Origin: an uncultured archaeon
Lineage (GTDB): Archaea; Thermoplasmatota; Penumbrarchaeia; JASLWR01
Direction: 5' to 3'
Length of the DNA: 64,000 bases
Assembly (NCBI GenBank): GCA_964430885.1
Contig: CAYSHM010000004.1
Span: forward strand, 32,001 to 96,000
The notes below the pieces were generated by a model. The model was not told the DNA's origin. It ran no database searches and saw nothing but the letters and a program-made list of their open reading frames with translations. The translations under genes and the position numbers were made by a program. Shown piece by piece: positions 37,594-50,000 of this stretch. Positions within the stretch are counted from its first letter, which is position 1; the number at the start of each line of letters is the position of its first letter.

Positions 37594-38706
37594 GTGTTGT
37601 ATGTGATTGAAGCTTGTCTGATATCCGGTGCAATAATTGTGGTTATTGCTTTAATAATGGTCCTGATGACTGGTGTGAAGATTATACGGCCCTATGAACA
37701 GGGACTTCAGGAGGTTTTGGGAAGTTTTAAGAGGAGACTGAATCCTGGATTTAATTTCGTCATACCCCTGGTTTCACGTGTTATGAAAATAGACTTGAGA
37801 ACTCAGACTCTGGATGTTCCTAAACAGGAAGTGATCACCAAGGATAACTCCCCTACATTTGTGGATGCTGTAATATATATCAAGGTCAATGATGCCAAGA
37901 AGGCTTATTATGAAGTAGACGATTTTAAAAAAGCGACCATTTACCTCGCCCAAACGACACTTAGGAGCGTTATTGGTGATATGGAGCTTGATGATGTTCT
38001 TTCCAATAGAGATAAAGTAAATTTGTCCCTCAGGGATATACTTGACAACTCCACGGATCCGTGGGGAGTAAAGGTTGTTTCAGTAGAGATAAGAGAAGTG
38101 GATCCAGCTAGAGAAGTTAAGAGAGCAATGGAGCATCAGACCTCGGCCGAAAGGGAGAAGAGGGCCACTATCCTGAGAGCGGAGGGAAGTAAGAGGGGTG
38201 CAATCTTGAGTGCCGAGGGCTCCCGGCAATCCAAGATACTTACGGCAGAAGGTATTCGACAATCCAAAATACTAGTGGCGGAAGGTGAGAGGACCGCCCG
38301 TATGTTGGAGGCCCAGGGTGAGGCGCAGAAATTGAGAATATTGTCCTTGGGTTCCGCCACACTGGATCAGAAATCATTAACTGTTCTTTCACTTGATGCA
38401 GTAAAGAGTCTTGCAGAGGGACAGGCCACAAAGATAGTATTGCCTTTCGAGATTACACGATTGCTTGAGGGAGTTTCAGAATATATTGGCAGTAGCAGGA
38501 AGATCCCTGAGCACAAGCTGACGGATCTAGACATGCTGCAAAAGAGGTTAGGCAATGTTGAGAAGGTACTGGGGGACATACCGTCCTCAACGGATCTTAT
38601 AAAAGATGCAAAAAATAGTATTGAGAACATTTCATCTGATAAGCCTTCGGTCCCTCTGCCGCCAAGCTCCAAAGGTCATGTCAGAAAGATAGTTAAACCT
38701 ATATGA
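37594..38706 (+). CDS. SPFH/band-7 (stomatin/QmcA-like) protein
   Basis: N-terminal TM, QEVITKDN, LAQTTLRSVIG, WGVKV, AERE.RA and repeated IL.AEG units. Confidence 0.95.
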   Translation: MLYVIEACLISGAIIVVIALIMVLMTGVKIIRPYEQGLQEVLGSFKRRLNPGFNFVIPLVSRVMKIDLRTQTLDVPKQEVITKDNSPTFVDAVIYIKVNDAKKAYYEVDDFKKATIYLAQTTLRSVIGDMELDDVLSNRDKVNLSLRDILDNSTDPWGVKVVSVEIREVDPAREVKRAMEHQTSAEREKRATILRAEGSKRGAILSAEGSRQSKILTAEGIRQSKILVAEGERTARMLEAQGEAQKLRILSLGSATLDQKSLTVLSLDAVKSLAEGQATKIVLPFEITRLLEGVSEYIGSSRKIPEHKLTDLDMLQKRLGNVEKVLGDIPSSTDLIKDAKNSIENISSDKPSVPLPPSSKGHVRKIVKPI

Positions 38707-38879
38707 AGGAAATATTGATGTACGATAGAATATAAAATAGACGCTGGTGAAATCAAGCCAATGGATAGTTTTGTTGGCTTACATGAACAAAAGTTACTTA
38801 AATAAGAAATACTATCATCAACGTCATTCCTATTTACTACTAATAATCTTATATAGATGATATGCGTGGAGTGAGTTCA

Positions 38880-41717
38880 ATGGGTTTTTGTCAAGCTTGT
38901 GGTAAACCTACAGTGGGAGATTTCCCTTACTGTTCGGAGTGTGCTTCTAGGATGGGTTCTTCCATTAAGGGCAGCGATGCATATGGTTCCAGCTATGGTT
39001 CCTCAGATCAACCAAAGGCCGTCGTCCTGTATGAAAAGGTGAAGACGGAGATAGATAATCTTAAGGATTCTATAGATACTACGGAAGCTGAGAATCTATT
39101 AAAAAAGGTCAAGTTGGCCATAGATATCAAAGATTATTCATCTGCTGAGGAGAACGCCAAAGAGTGTGTGAAGAAGAGCCATTCACTAAAAAAGATATAT
39201 GAAGATGCTGCAGAGTCCCTTAAGACTGCTTGGCCCGAGGTGAAGGAGGCCAGGGATGATGGTAGGGATGTGTCTCGGTCCGATGAACTTATTAAAGAGG
39301 CCCGAAGGGCTTTAAGGTCAAAGCAACCAGAAAAGAGTAAACAGTTGTCCACTTTAGCAGTTGATCTTCTGCTCACCCCTACAGAGAGAAAGAGGAAAAA
39401 GTGTGAAGAGGTCCGTAAAAAAGCCTCAGCTACACTTGAGGCCGTATCGGCCTTTGGAGAGATCAAAGGAGTAGGCCTATTACTGGTACATGAGGCGGAG
39501 AGTCTTATCAGCAAGGGTGAGCGGTCCTATGCCAAGGAAGATTATGATACTGCTACCCAGCTTTATAAGAAATCTGATAAATCCTTGAATCAGTTAAAGG
39601 AACAGTATCTTTACAGGCAAGCATCCGATATCTATCAGAAGGTCGCTAGGATGGTGGAGGATCTGGAGAAAAAAGGTAAGGCGATCCCAGGTACCTCGGT
39701 AGCATTGATGAAGGCCAAGGATGCATTGGAATATGAGAACTACGACGAAGTGATTTTCCAGGCCATCGATATCAAGAAAAAGATAGATGAGTGGGAGGAG
39801 GAGAAATCCGATGAAGCTGCCATTCAGATAATTACTAAGGCTCAATTCCTTCTCGCGGATCTGAGGAAAACAGGGGAGGAAATATCTCATTTTGAGATCA
39901 AGTTTGAAAGAGCCAAGAAAGCCCTGGAGACCGATGATTATCAAAAGGCGGAAGAATTGGGTATAGAGGTGAACGAAGAGGTTCAAAAACTGCTAGATGA
40001 GATCAACAGAAGGAAGGCGGCAGAATTCGTCCGTGAAGTTGAACATGAGCTGGCGGAATTAAGGACCACTGATATCAGTACAACCAGGTTCGAGAACGAT
40101 CTTGATCTGGCTAAGAGATCATTGGCTCAAGGTAATTTCAAGGATTCATCACAGCTTCTTAGAAAGGTCCTCAGCCGTATGAACAAGGCTAGGAAGAATG
40201 CTATTGCGCCCATGATGCAGAAATCCATAGATGATGCCGATAAGGATATCAAGAAAGCTAAAAGGGAAGGCTTGGATGTTCTGGAACCTGAAGATTGCTT
40301 AAGGCGGTCCCGTTTTGCTTATGAGACCAAGAGCTATGAAGAGGTCACAAAACTCATTAAGAATATTGAGATTTTTCTCAAAAAGGAGCGATCCAAAAGC
40401 GGAAAGAAAATTGTAGAGTACAAGAAATTGATACCCGAGGCAATGAAGGCAGTCCAGCGTCTAAAAGAACAGAAATGGAACGTTGATAGACTGGTCAGTG
40501 ACCTCAAGAAAGCCCCTGTACTTCTGAAAACCAAGAAATATGCTGAATTGGAAAGGGTTACAGTGAATGTTAAGACAAGGTCTATAGCTATTTTGAAGGA
40601 TGAGATTATTCTTCCTGCGAAGGACAGGCTGGATGAGGCAACCACGGCACTGAAGGAAGCCAAGAAGGAAGGCGTTGATGTGAAGGAACTTGTGAAGGAA
40701 CTGAACGAGGCCATGAAACTCTTCACTAGCAAGGAATATTACAAGGTTTCTCCCAAGGTTGATTCCATTTTCAAATATATTGAAGAGCTTAAGGAAAAGG
40801 CATCTCTCCAGCGTTCTCAGATAATAATAGAATATTCTGAAAAACTCATAAAGGCTTACAAGATGTGGAAGATCAAGGTCAAGGACCTTGAAAATATCAT
40901 CAAGCAAGCTAACAAAGCTATTAACGACGGGGATGTTTCAGGAGCTACAAAATTGACCCGTAAGCTTGAAAAGGAATTGAACGAACATCGGCAGGAATTC
41001 TTGAAGGAACAGACTGATATTGCTTACAAGAAGGCAAAGAAGTTCATTAATACCGCTGATTCAGATGATAAGGATCAGGCGCTGATCCATCTGCGTCAGG
41101 CGCAGGATAAATTGGAGAAAGGAGAATATATCAAGGGCTGGGAAATTATCCTGGACAGCAATAAGGAAGCAGGAATGGATGAGCAAAAATACTACAGACT
41201 TAAGTGTGATATGGCGGAAACAATAGTTATTCCGCGCATGAGCTATCTGAAGGACTACGATATCGATTTCGAAGCCGTTGACGGAGAGTTCAAGTCCTAC
41301 AAGGAATTATATAAGAATGGGGAGGACTTTGAGGAGGCATACGATAAAATTTCGGAGGTGGCAAGTACAACCCATAATCTTGAAGAATTAACAATTACCA
41401 ACAGAGCTTTGGGGTGGGTAGATGAAATTTCAAAAACCTACGTTGAAGATGGATATGTTTCGGATGATATGGGTGAACTTCTTGAACAAAGCCGTTCACA
41501 GATAGAGGACCAGATGTACATTGATGCACTTAAGACAATGGATGAAGTTATGAATCTGGCCATGGCGTCTTTGGATAAGGTAGGTGAATCATACAAGGTT
41601 GATGAGGTTGATTGTCCTTCATGCGATTACAGTGTTTTCTCCATAGTTGAGGAGGAAAGCTCGACATTGGACTGCCCTGTATGCGGCAATGCCTTCATAC
41701 CAAACTTCGAGGAATGA
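38880..41717 (+). CDS. Large cytoplasmic helical-repeat/coiled-coil protein with N- and C-terminal zinc ribbons
   Basis: CQAC..CSEC at the N-terminus, CPSC..CPVC at the C-terminus, Ala/Lys/Glu-rich helical units between; ATG 38880 after GGAGTGA (track start 38862). Confidence 0.8.
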   Translation: MGFCQACGKPTVGDFPYCSECASRMGSSIKGSDAYGSSYGSSDQPKAVVLYEKVKTEIDNLKDSIDTTEAENLLKKVKLAIDIKDYSSAEENAKECVKKSHSLKKIYEDAAESLKTAWPEVKEARDDGRDVSRSDELIKEARRALRSKQPEKSKQLSTLAVDLLLTPTERKRKKCEEVRKKASATLEAVSAFGEIKGVGLLLVHEAESLISKGERSYAKEDYDTATQLYKKSDKSLNQLKEQYLYRQASDIYQKVARMVEDLEKKGKAIPGTSVALMKAKDALEYENYDEVIFQAIDIKKKIDEWEEEKSDEAAIQIITKAQFLLADLRKTGEEISHFEIKFERAKKALETDDYQKAEELGIEVNEEVQKLLDEINRRKAAEFVREVEHELAELRTTDISTTRFENDLDLAKRSLAQGNFKDSSQLLRKVLSRMNKARKNAIAPMMQKSIDDADKDIKKAKREGLDVLEPEDCLRRSRFAYETKSYEEVTKLIKNIEIFLKKERSKSGKKIVEYKKLIPEAMKAVQRLKEQKWNVDRLVSDLKKAPVLLKTKKYAELERVTVNVKTRSIAILKDEIILPAKDRLDEATTALKEAKKEGVDVKELVKELNEAMKLFTSKEYYKVSPKVDSIFKYIEELKEKASLQRSQIIIEYSEKLIKAYKMWKIKVKDLENIIKQANKAINDGDVSGATKLTRKLEKELNEHRQEFLKEQTDIAYKKAKKFINTADSDDKDQALIHLRQAQDKLEKGEYIKGWEIILDSNKEAGMDEQKYYRLKCDMAETIVIPRMSYLKDYDIDFEAVDGEFKSYKELYKNGEDFEEAYDKISEVASTTHNLEELTITNRALGWVDEISKTYVEDGYVSDDMGELLEQSRSQIEDQMYIDALKTMDEVMNLAMASLDKVGESYKVDEVDCPSCDYSVFSIVEEESSTLDCPVCGNAFIPNFEE

Positions 41718-42013
41718 GCAAAAATAAGTTATTTATCCCTCGCTCCATTTTTTCTTTTTTTTCAGGTCTACCACTCAGTTTATTACTTTTATCTGAGAAA
41801 TTTCTTGTTCGGAATGCTTTTTCTCAACTGCATTACACTTCCAAATACGGTGGTTTTCTTTGAAATGTGTGCTAAAACTTAATAAAGCAGTTGTTGTAAA
41901 ATACCCTTTGACAATGAGAAATATTACTAACCAAAGGACCTTACATGGTTTGTATTGGCATAGAATATAATAAATTGCTCAAATGAATAATAATAATTGG
42001 AGAGATGATGCTT

Positions 42014-42175
42014 ATGGGTTTCAAGTTTACATGCGACATTTGTGAATCTGAGGTCGGCAGTCCAAAACATATCACCGGATTGAAGTCAGGTCTTCTAACT
42101 GTGTGTGAAGATTGTAAGAACCACCTTAGAAAATATGCATCTCACTTAAGGAAGAAGGCAAAATCAGGAAAATAA
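42014..42175 (+). CDS. 53-aa zinc-finger microprotein (below the ORF-track cutoff)
   Basis: MGFKFTCDICESEVGSPKHITGLKSGLLTVCEDCKNHLRKYASHLRKKAKSGK*; two CxxC pairs; GGAGAG SD and AT-rich upstream region. Confidence 0.65.
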   Translation: MGFKFTCDICESEVGSPKHITGLKSGLLTVCEDCKNHLRKYASHLRKKAKSGK

Positions 42176-42456
42176 TCTGAAAAATGATTGGCAGTTCAAT
42201 TTAAAATACCCTGATTCATAATTCATGTTTCAGTTTGATATCTGCCCAAAGGTTTGTGTGCACTTTTAAATTAACCATTTAAGAAGTAGCGGTTTCACGA
42301 TTGGAATATGAATATCATCGTTAGTCACCGTTCATGTCCCACCCCAGTGCTGATAACGTTAATCTATTCTTTTCAGTCAAATAACTTTCTAAAAAGATTT
42401 TTTATACTTTCCCCTATTTTTGAGACACAATTTCATTAATGATGATATAAATCTGA

Positions 42457-43794
<1,338 letters not shown>

Positions 43795-44050
43795 TGAAAT
43801 TAAGTGTCATTAACAATCATTATGCAAATAATCCGGTAGATATGCATGCCGGCTAAATGTTATTGATCATTCACTAGATTTGAATCTATTTATTCCGAAT
43901 AATCCAATCACTACATTTTTTATTTCAATAGCAATATATATATTCGGTTAGCAATTGGAAATTTTAATGGAATTGCCTGCCAATTTATGTTTCAAATCTG
44001 TAAGACAAAATCTGTTTGTGGTCGGAATGTGACCGGAACCGGGTGTTACC

Positions 44051-47000
44051 ATGAGAGGTAAACTATTCATTGTACTGATATGTATTGTACTGATACTGAC
44101 TGCTATTCCGTATATCGCTATTTTTCCCCAGAAGGAATCCGGTCATGAGAAATATTCGGACACATCTCCTGATACTATTATTCCAGGTGTTGACAGTGAC
44201 GGTGACGGCCTCCAGGACGGCGAGGAGGACTATAATGATGATGGAATACTAGATCCTCTTGAAACAGATCCCTTCGATGCAGATACCGATAGCGATCTTC
44301 TTGAAGATGGAATTGAGTACGGATATTGGGAGAACAAAATGGCTCAGGTTGCTCAGGATGGAATTCCCGTTTGGGTCCAGGATGCCTATTTGAACGAATC
44401 TCCTGCTGACATGGAGAAAAGGTTTGGGCCTGTTGCAGATCTGGATGATGATGGAGCGGTGAATATCAGAGATCCAGATTCAGATAATGACGGTCTTATG
44501 GATGGCCATGAGTTAGACATAGGAACTGACCCTGCAAATCCTGATACAGATGGTGACGGCATACCTGATGGTCAGGATGAGCAGGCTACGGACAGCAGGG
44601 ATGTGGACGGCGACGGCATACCCGATGATTGGGAGGATCATTATGATGTCGATGACCCTGATGCCGACCCGGACAATGACGGCAAGACCAATAAAGAGGA
44701 GTTCGAGGAAGGGACGGATCCCACCCATCCAGGAGAGGGCGAATCGGAACTGGGTACCGACATGGTGCTCTCGGATATGGGTTTTCACCCGGGAGACCCT
44801 GAGAAGATATTATTCTACGTAACCCCTGATGATCCTCTTGAACCCCCTTCTTACTGGCGTCTTAGAACCTATGATCGATATACTCTTAACGGCTGGACCA
44901 ACAATTATGATAACAGCGCCCCGTATTCCGGTGAGGAGATAGATACTGAAGTTACTTTTGGGGTGAATGTCACCTATAAGAAGTTCCAAATAGTGTTCTG
45001 GGGAAGTTCCAAGGGATTTCTTCCAACCGCTCTTCATACCAACATATTGTATGATGTAATATACAATCAATCAGTCCAGAACACATCAGCTCCCCTGGTG
45101 AGGTATGACACAGGGGAGTTTTATTCTAGCATTCTTGTGAAGTCATATTATTTCTCCCATGATTCATATTATTTCTCCCCCGCGAACCTCCATAATGCCA
45201 CGGTACCCGCCAGGGTTGAAATGCCTCTCATGTACGAAATTCCCAATTCAACTTTCAATTTCGTATCCGATATTGCGTCGGATATACCCGGCTTGGACGC
45301 CCCTGCTCCTTACCAGAGGGCACTGAATATAATGCAGTACCTGGATGAGAACTGCGAATACAACATATCAACAACAATGGATCCGGATCAGGATTGGGTT
45401 ATAGATTTCTTAGGAAACAAAACTACAGGCAAATGCATAGATTTCGCCACAGCCTTTGTGGTACTGGCTAGAATGGGTGATCTTCCTGCAAGATTGGTCA
45501 CTGGCTACAGCCCTGGTGTCATGGTCAATGGGCAGCGCGTTGTAAAGGCCGGGCATAAGCACGCTTGGGCCGAGGTATATTTCAATGATCTGGGTTGGGT
45601 TCAGTTCGAGGTCACGCCCTACAATAACGGCCGGGAGGGCGGCACTGGTGTTGATACCAACGGGAGCGATCCGTCGGTTCACACTTGGGATGGCTCTCCA
45701 GCAGACGGTCACGGCACTAACAATGGCAAGGTGGAAAACAAGACAAGGGATAGTGATGGTGACGGTTTGACTGACTGGGAGGAGAACAACGTTTTCAATA
45801 CCGATCCTCTAAACGTTGATACTGACGGCGACGGTCTGAACGACAGCGCTGAATTATTTGATTTCTTCACCGATCCTCTGGATTACGATACGGACAAGGA
45901 TAATCTTACAGATTACGAGGAGATAATAATCCACAACACCAGTGCCCGTTCGCCCGATACCGACAATGACGGTCTGAACGATGGAGCAGAGGTCCAGATA
46001 TATTTTACAAATCCCCGAAATCCCGATACTGATGATGATGATATTGATGATCTCAGGGAGATAAAATACTATCATACTGATCCAAGATTGAAAGATACTG
46101 ATGATGATGGTATAGATGACAATGAAGAGGTCCTTTGGGGAAAAGATGGACAGGTATCCGATCCAACGTCCGCCGATAGCGACGGCGACGGTTTGAGCGA
46201 CGGAGCTGAGATTAATGAGAATGGGACCGATCCGGCCCAGATGGACAGCGATTACGACCAGCTTATAGATGGCGATGAGGTTTACCAATATCATACTGAC
46301 CCAACCTTGCCAGATACCGATGGTGACGGCCTCATGGATGGATTGGAAGTACTGCAGTTCAATACCGATCCCAACGAAAGGGACACGGACGGCGATGGTG
46401 TAGAGGATGGAATGGAGATATGGACCGGAACCGATCCGCTGGAGGCGACCAGGGCTTCCTACCAGACCGACGAGGACGGTGATGGCCTACAGGAATTCAT
46501 GGAGGGTCTTTTCGGGACGAATTCTTCTATGATGGACACTGATAATGACGGGCTCTCGGATGCCTCTGAGCTGTTTGCCTTCTTCACCAATCCTTCTTCC
46601 AATGATACGGATATGGACGGTATAGAGGATAATGTTGAGCTGTTCCAGACATTTACTTCCCCTCGGCTTTCCGATTCCGATTCCGATGGTTTGTCAGATT
46701 TAATGGAGATTGATGAATTGGGTACTAATCCCCGCTCTGTTGATTCGGATCATGATGGCCTCTCTGATGGAGCTGAAATTGATAATGGCACTTCACCTAA
46801 GGATTGGGATTCCGATGGAGGTGGTCTGTCGGATGGTTATGAATTGGGGAATTCATTGGACCCGCTTGAACCCGGGGATGATAATTCCCTTATGGACAGT
46901 GACGGTGATGGCCTAAGCGATGCCGATGAATTGAACCGCGCTACAGATCCTGCTTTCTGGGATTCTGATGGCGATGGCATTTCCGATGGTCAGGAAGTTT

Positions 47001-50000
47001 TCTTCCTGAAGTCAGATCCTTTATCAAATGATACGGATAATGACGGTCTTTTGGATAGATTTGAAGCTTTCAATACTGGTTTATCCCCCATTAAGAACGA
47101 TACAGATAGTGATGGATTGGATGATTGGCAGGAGAGAGAGGTATATCACACGAGCCCTGTTTTCCCTGACACCGATACCGACGGCATAAACGATTATGCC
47201 GAAACCCAGGATGCAAGAATATCTCCTCTTGATTTGGATACAGACCGCGATGGTTTGGCAGATGGTGTAGAGGTACTGCATTTATGTGATCCGGGCAACC
47301 CCGATACTGATGGTGGTGGAGCATTGGATGGTGTAGAGATATTTGCAGGAGGTCATGATCCGCTGGTTCCTGCTGATGATGTGGATCTTATAGATACTGA
47401 TAGGGACGGTCTCAATGATTACCAGGAAATGAATGTATATGGAACTGACCCCAATGATCCTGACAGCGATAATGACACTATATGGGATGGTATGGAGATC
47501 GAAGATATTGGATCAGATGCCCTTGACAATGACACGGACAATGATACAATACTGGACGGTATGGAGGTTTTTACATACGGTACGAATCCTCTTTCAAATG
47601 ATACTGACATGGATAATCTGACTGATGATGCCGAGATCAATACCTATCAGACCAGCGCCACCAGTAACGATACTGACATGGATAATCTAAATGATTGGAT
47701 GGAGATCTTCATTTATCAGACCAGTCCTCTGACGAGCGATACTGACAGTGATGGTCTTACGGATAGCGAAGAACTGTTCATACAGAACACCAATCCTTTG
47801 GATGAAGATACGGATATGGACGGTGTTCTTGACGGATGGGAGGTTTTTTATGGTTTTGATCCTCTGAACGGAACCGATGTTTTCACTGATGAGGATGCCG
47901 ACGGTCTTACTACCATAGAGGAATTTTTAAATGGAACGGATCCCACCTTGAACGATACTGATGCCGATGGTATCAGTGATGGTCAGGAAGTGTTAAATTA
48001 TGGGACCGACCCCTTGGACACTGATACAGATTCCGATACGATTGATGACTGGGATGAGATTTTCACTTATGGGACGGATCCCCTTCTCGTGGATAGCGAC
48101 GGTGACAATATGACCGATGGATGGGAGGTAGTGAACAATCTGAATCCAAATAGCCCCATCGATAGAGGTGAGGATCCTGACGCTGATGGTATGACTAATA
48201 TTGGCGAATTCTACAATGACACTGATCCCTGGTCAAATGATACTGATGCCGATGGCCTTTTGGATGGTAATGAGCTGAGTCTAGGATGCAATCCCCTTCA
48301 TAATGATACTGATGCCGATGGCCTTTTGGACGGCGAGGAGGTTTTTGTATACTCCACCGATCCATTGAGCGGCGATAGCGATCTAGATGGATTGGATGAT
48401 TGGGATGAAATATTTGATCATCTAACGAATCCCATTAGCAATGATACGGATGGTGACGGCCTTCTGGACGGCGAGGAGGTGGATGATTATTCCACTTCAC
48501 CTCTCTTGAACGATACAGATACAGATAATCTGACGGATTACCAAGAGATAAAAATTTACTTCACTGATCCCTTGGAATCCGATTCAGACAGTGACGGCCT
48601 GACCGATTACGATGAGATTATCTTCCATAATACGTTGCCCTTGGAGCCTGATACAGATCAGGGCGGTTTGGATGACGGAACTGAAGTGCTTCTGGGCCGT
48701 GACCCCTTAAATCCAGACGACGACGAGGACCCTGTTTCAGAGATACCTTCTCTTCCAACTTTCCTTAAGATCGATTATTATCCTGAGAACCTTACAAAGC
48801 TGGAGACAGGAGAATTCATAGTGAGAGGAACTGTGGTCGATATGAACGGGACACCACTTCTCGGTATTCACGTGGATGTACTCATGAACCGAACCCTGAA
48901 TGAGACCGGCATCAGCATTGGATCGGCCACGTCTGATTCCCAGGGTCATTTCGAAGCTGAATGTGAATTGGAGCCTGGGTTGGCGGTAGGCATTAATTTC
49001 CTCAGGACCCATTCCGTTACCCGCCGGATCGGGAATTATCTCTATAAAGGTGCCTGGGATGGTGGTGATTCAACGATTTCTATTTCTTCCCCAACGATAT
49101 TGAGATTTATCAGCCCCTCTCCTGGAGCTCAGGTGCCTCATGGCAGAAAGTTCAACGGTACGGTGGTTCTGAAGGATGGAGATGGAATATCCCTTTCCGA
49201 TCAGCCCCTCTCAATCTTTTGGGAAGGAGGCCAAAGACAGGATATCCGTACGGATTCCGAAGGTCTTGCAAGATTTACCTTTACGGCACCTGAAACGTTG
49301 GGTAAATATAATCTGTATGGTGAATACTTTGGATCCCGATTCCTTTTCACCTCGAATGCCACTATTGAGATCATAGTATCCGCTTTTGGTGTGGATATAT
49401 TCCTTGATAACATCACTGATACCAATCCATCCGACGTTTTCATGTGTGACGGATCCATAAATATATCCGGTAGGGTATTGGCTGTGAATGGAACTCCGGT
49501 CCCCAACGGAAGGGTACAAGTAACACTCAAGGGCCGGGAGATAAATAATGTTCAGATATTTGACCGGTTCGAGCTTATCACAGATGCTGCAGGCAGCTAT
49601 TCCAAGAACTATGAACTTATAGCTGATGTTTGGAGAGCTGGTAGATATGAGCTGTATGCTTCTTTCATGGGCAGTATATATTATCCGGCAAGCTCTGCTC
49701 CAACCGATGAACAGTTCATATATATTACTGGCAAGACCTATTTTACCTACACGTCTTTGGAGGTTGACCGGGGCAGTTCAGTTACTTTCACCAGCGTTCT
49801 TACCGATAACACAGGTCAGGGACTGTCCGGCGAGGAAGTCAATATCACCTATTTAGGGAGCACTCTGCCTCCCAAAATAACTGATTATAACGGGCAGGTA
49901 TCATTTGAATTCGAGGTTCGCGCTGATTTTCCTCTAGGCCCTGTGAATGTTTTCCTTTATTATCCCGGCAGATATCATGACGGGAAGGAAAAATTCCTGT

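Noticed and set aside
38880-41717. Possible SMC/Rad50 paralog
   Set aside because: No Walker A/B, signature motif or central hinge/hook
45143-45180. 16-bp direct repeat tcatattatttctccc
   Set aside because: Small in-frame duplication (SYYFS twice) with no sign of a mobile element
45749-48730. Repeats as a possible CRISPR array or DGR template/variable pair
   Set aside because: In-frame protein repeats; no reverse transcriptase in the window and no adenine-specific mismatch pattern noticed
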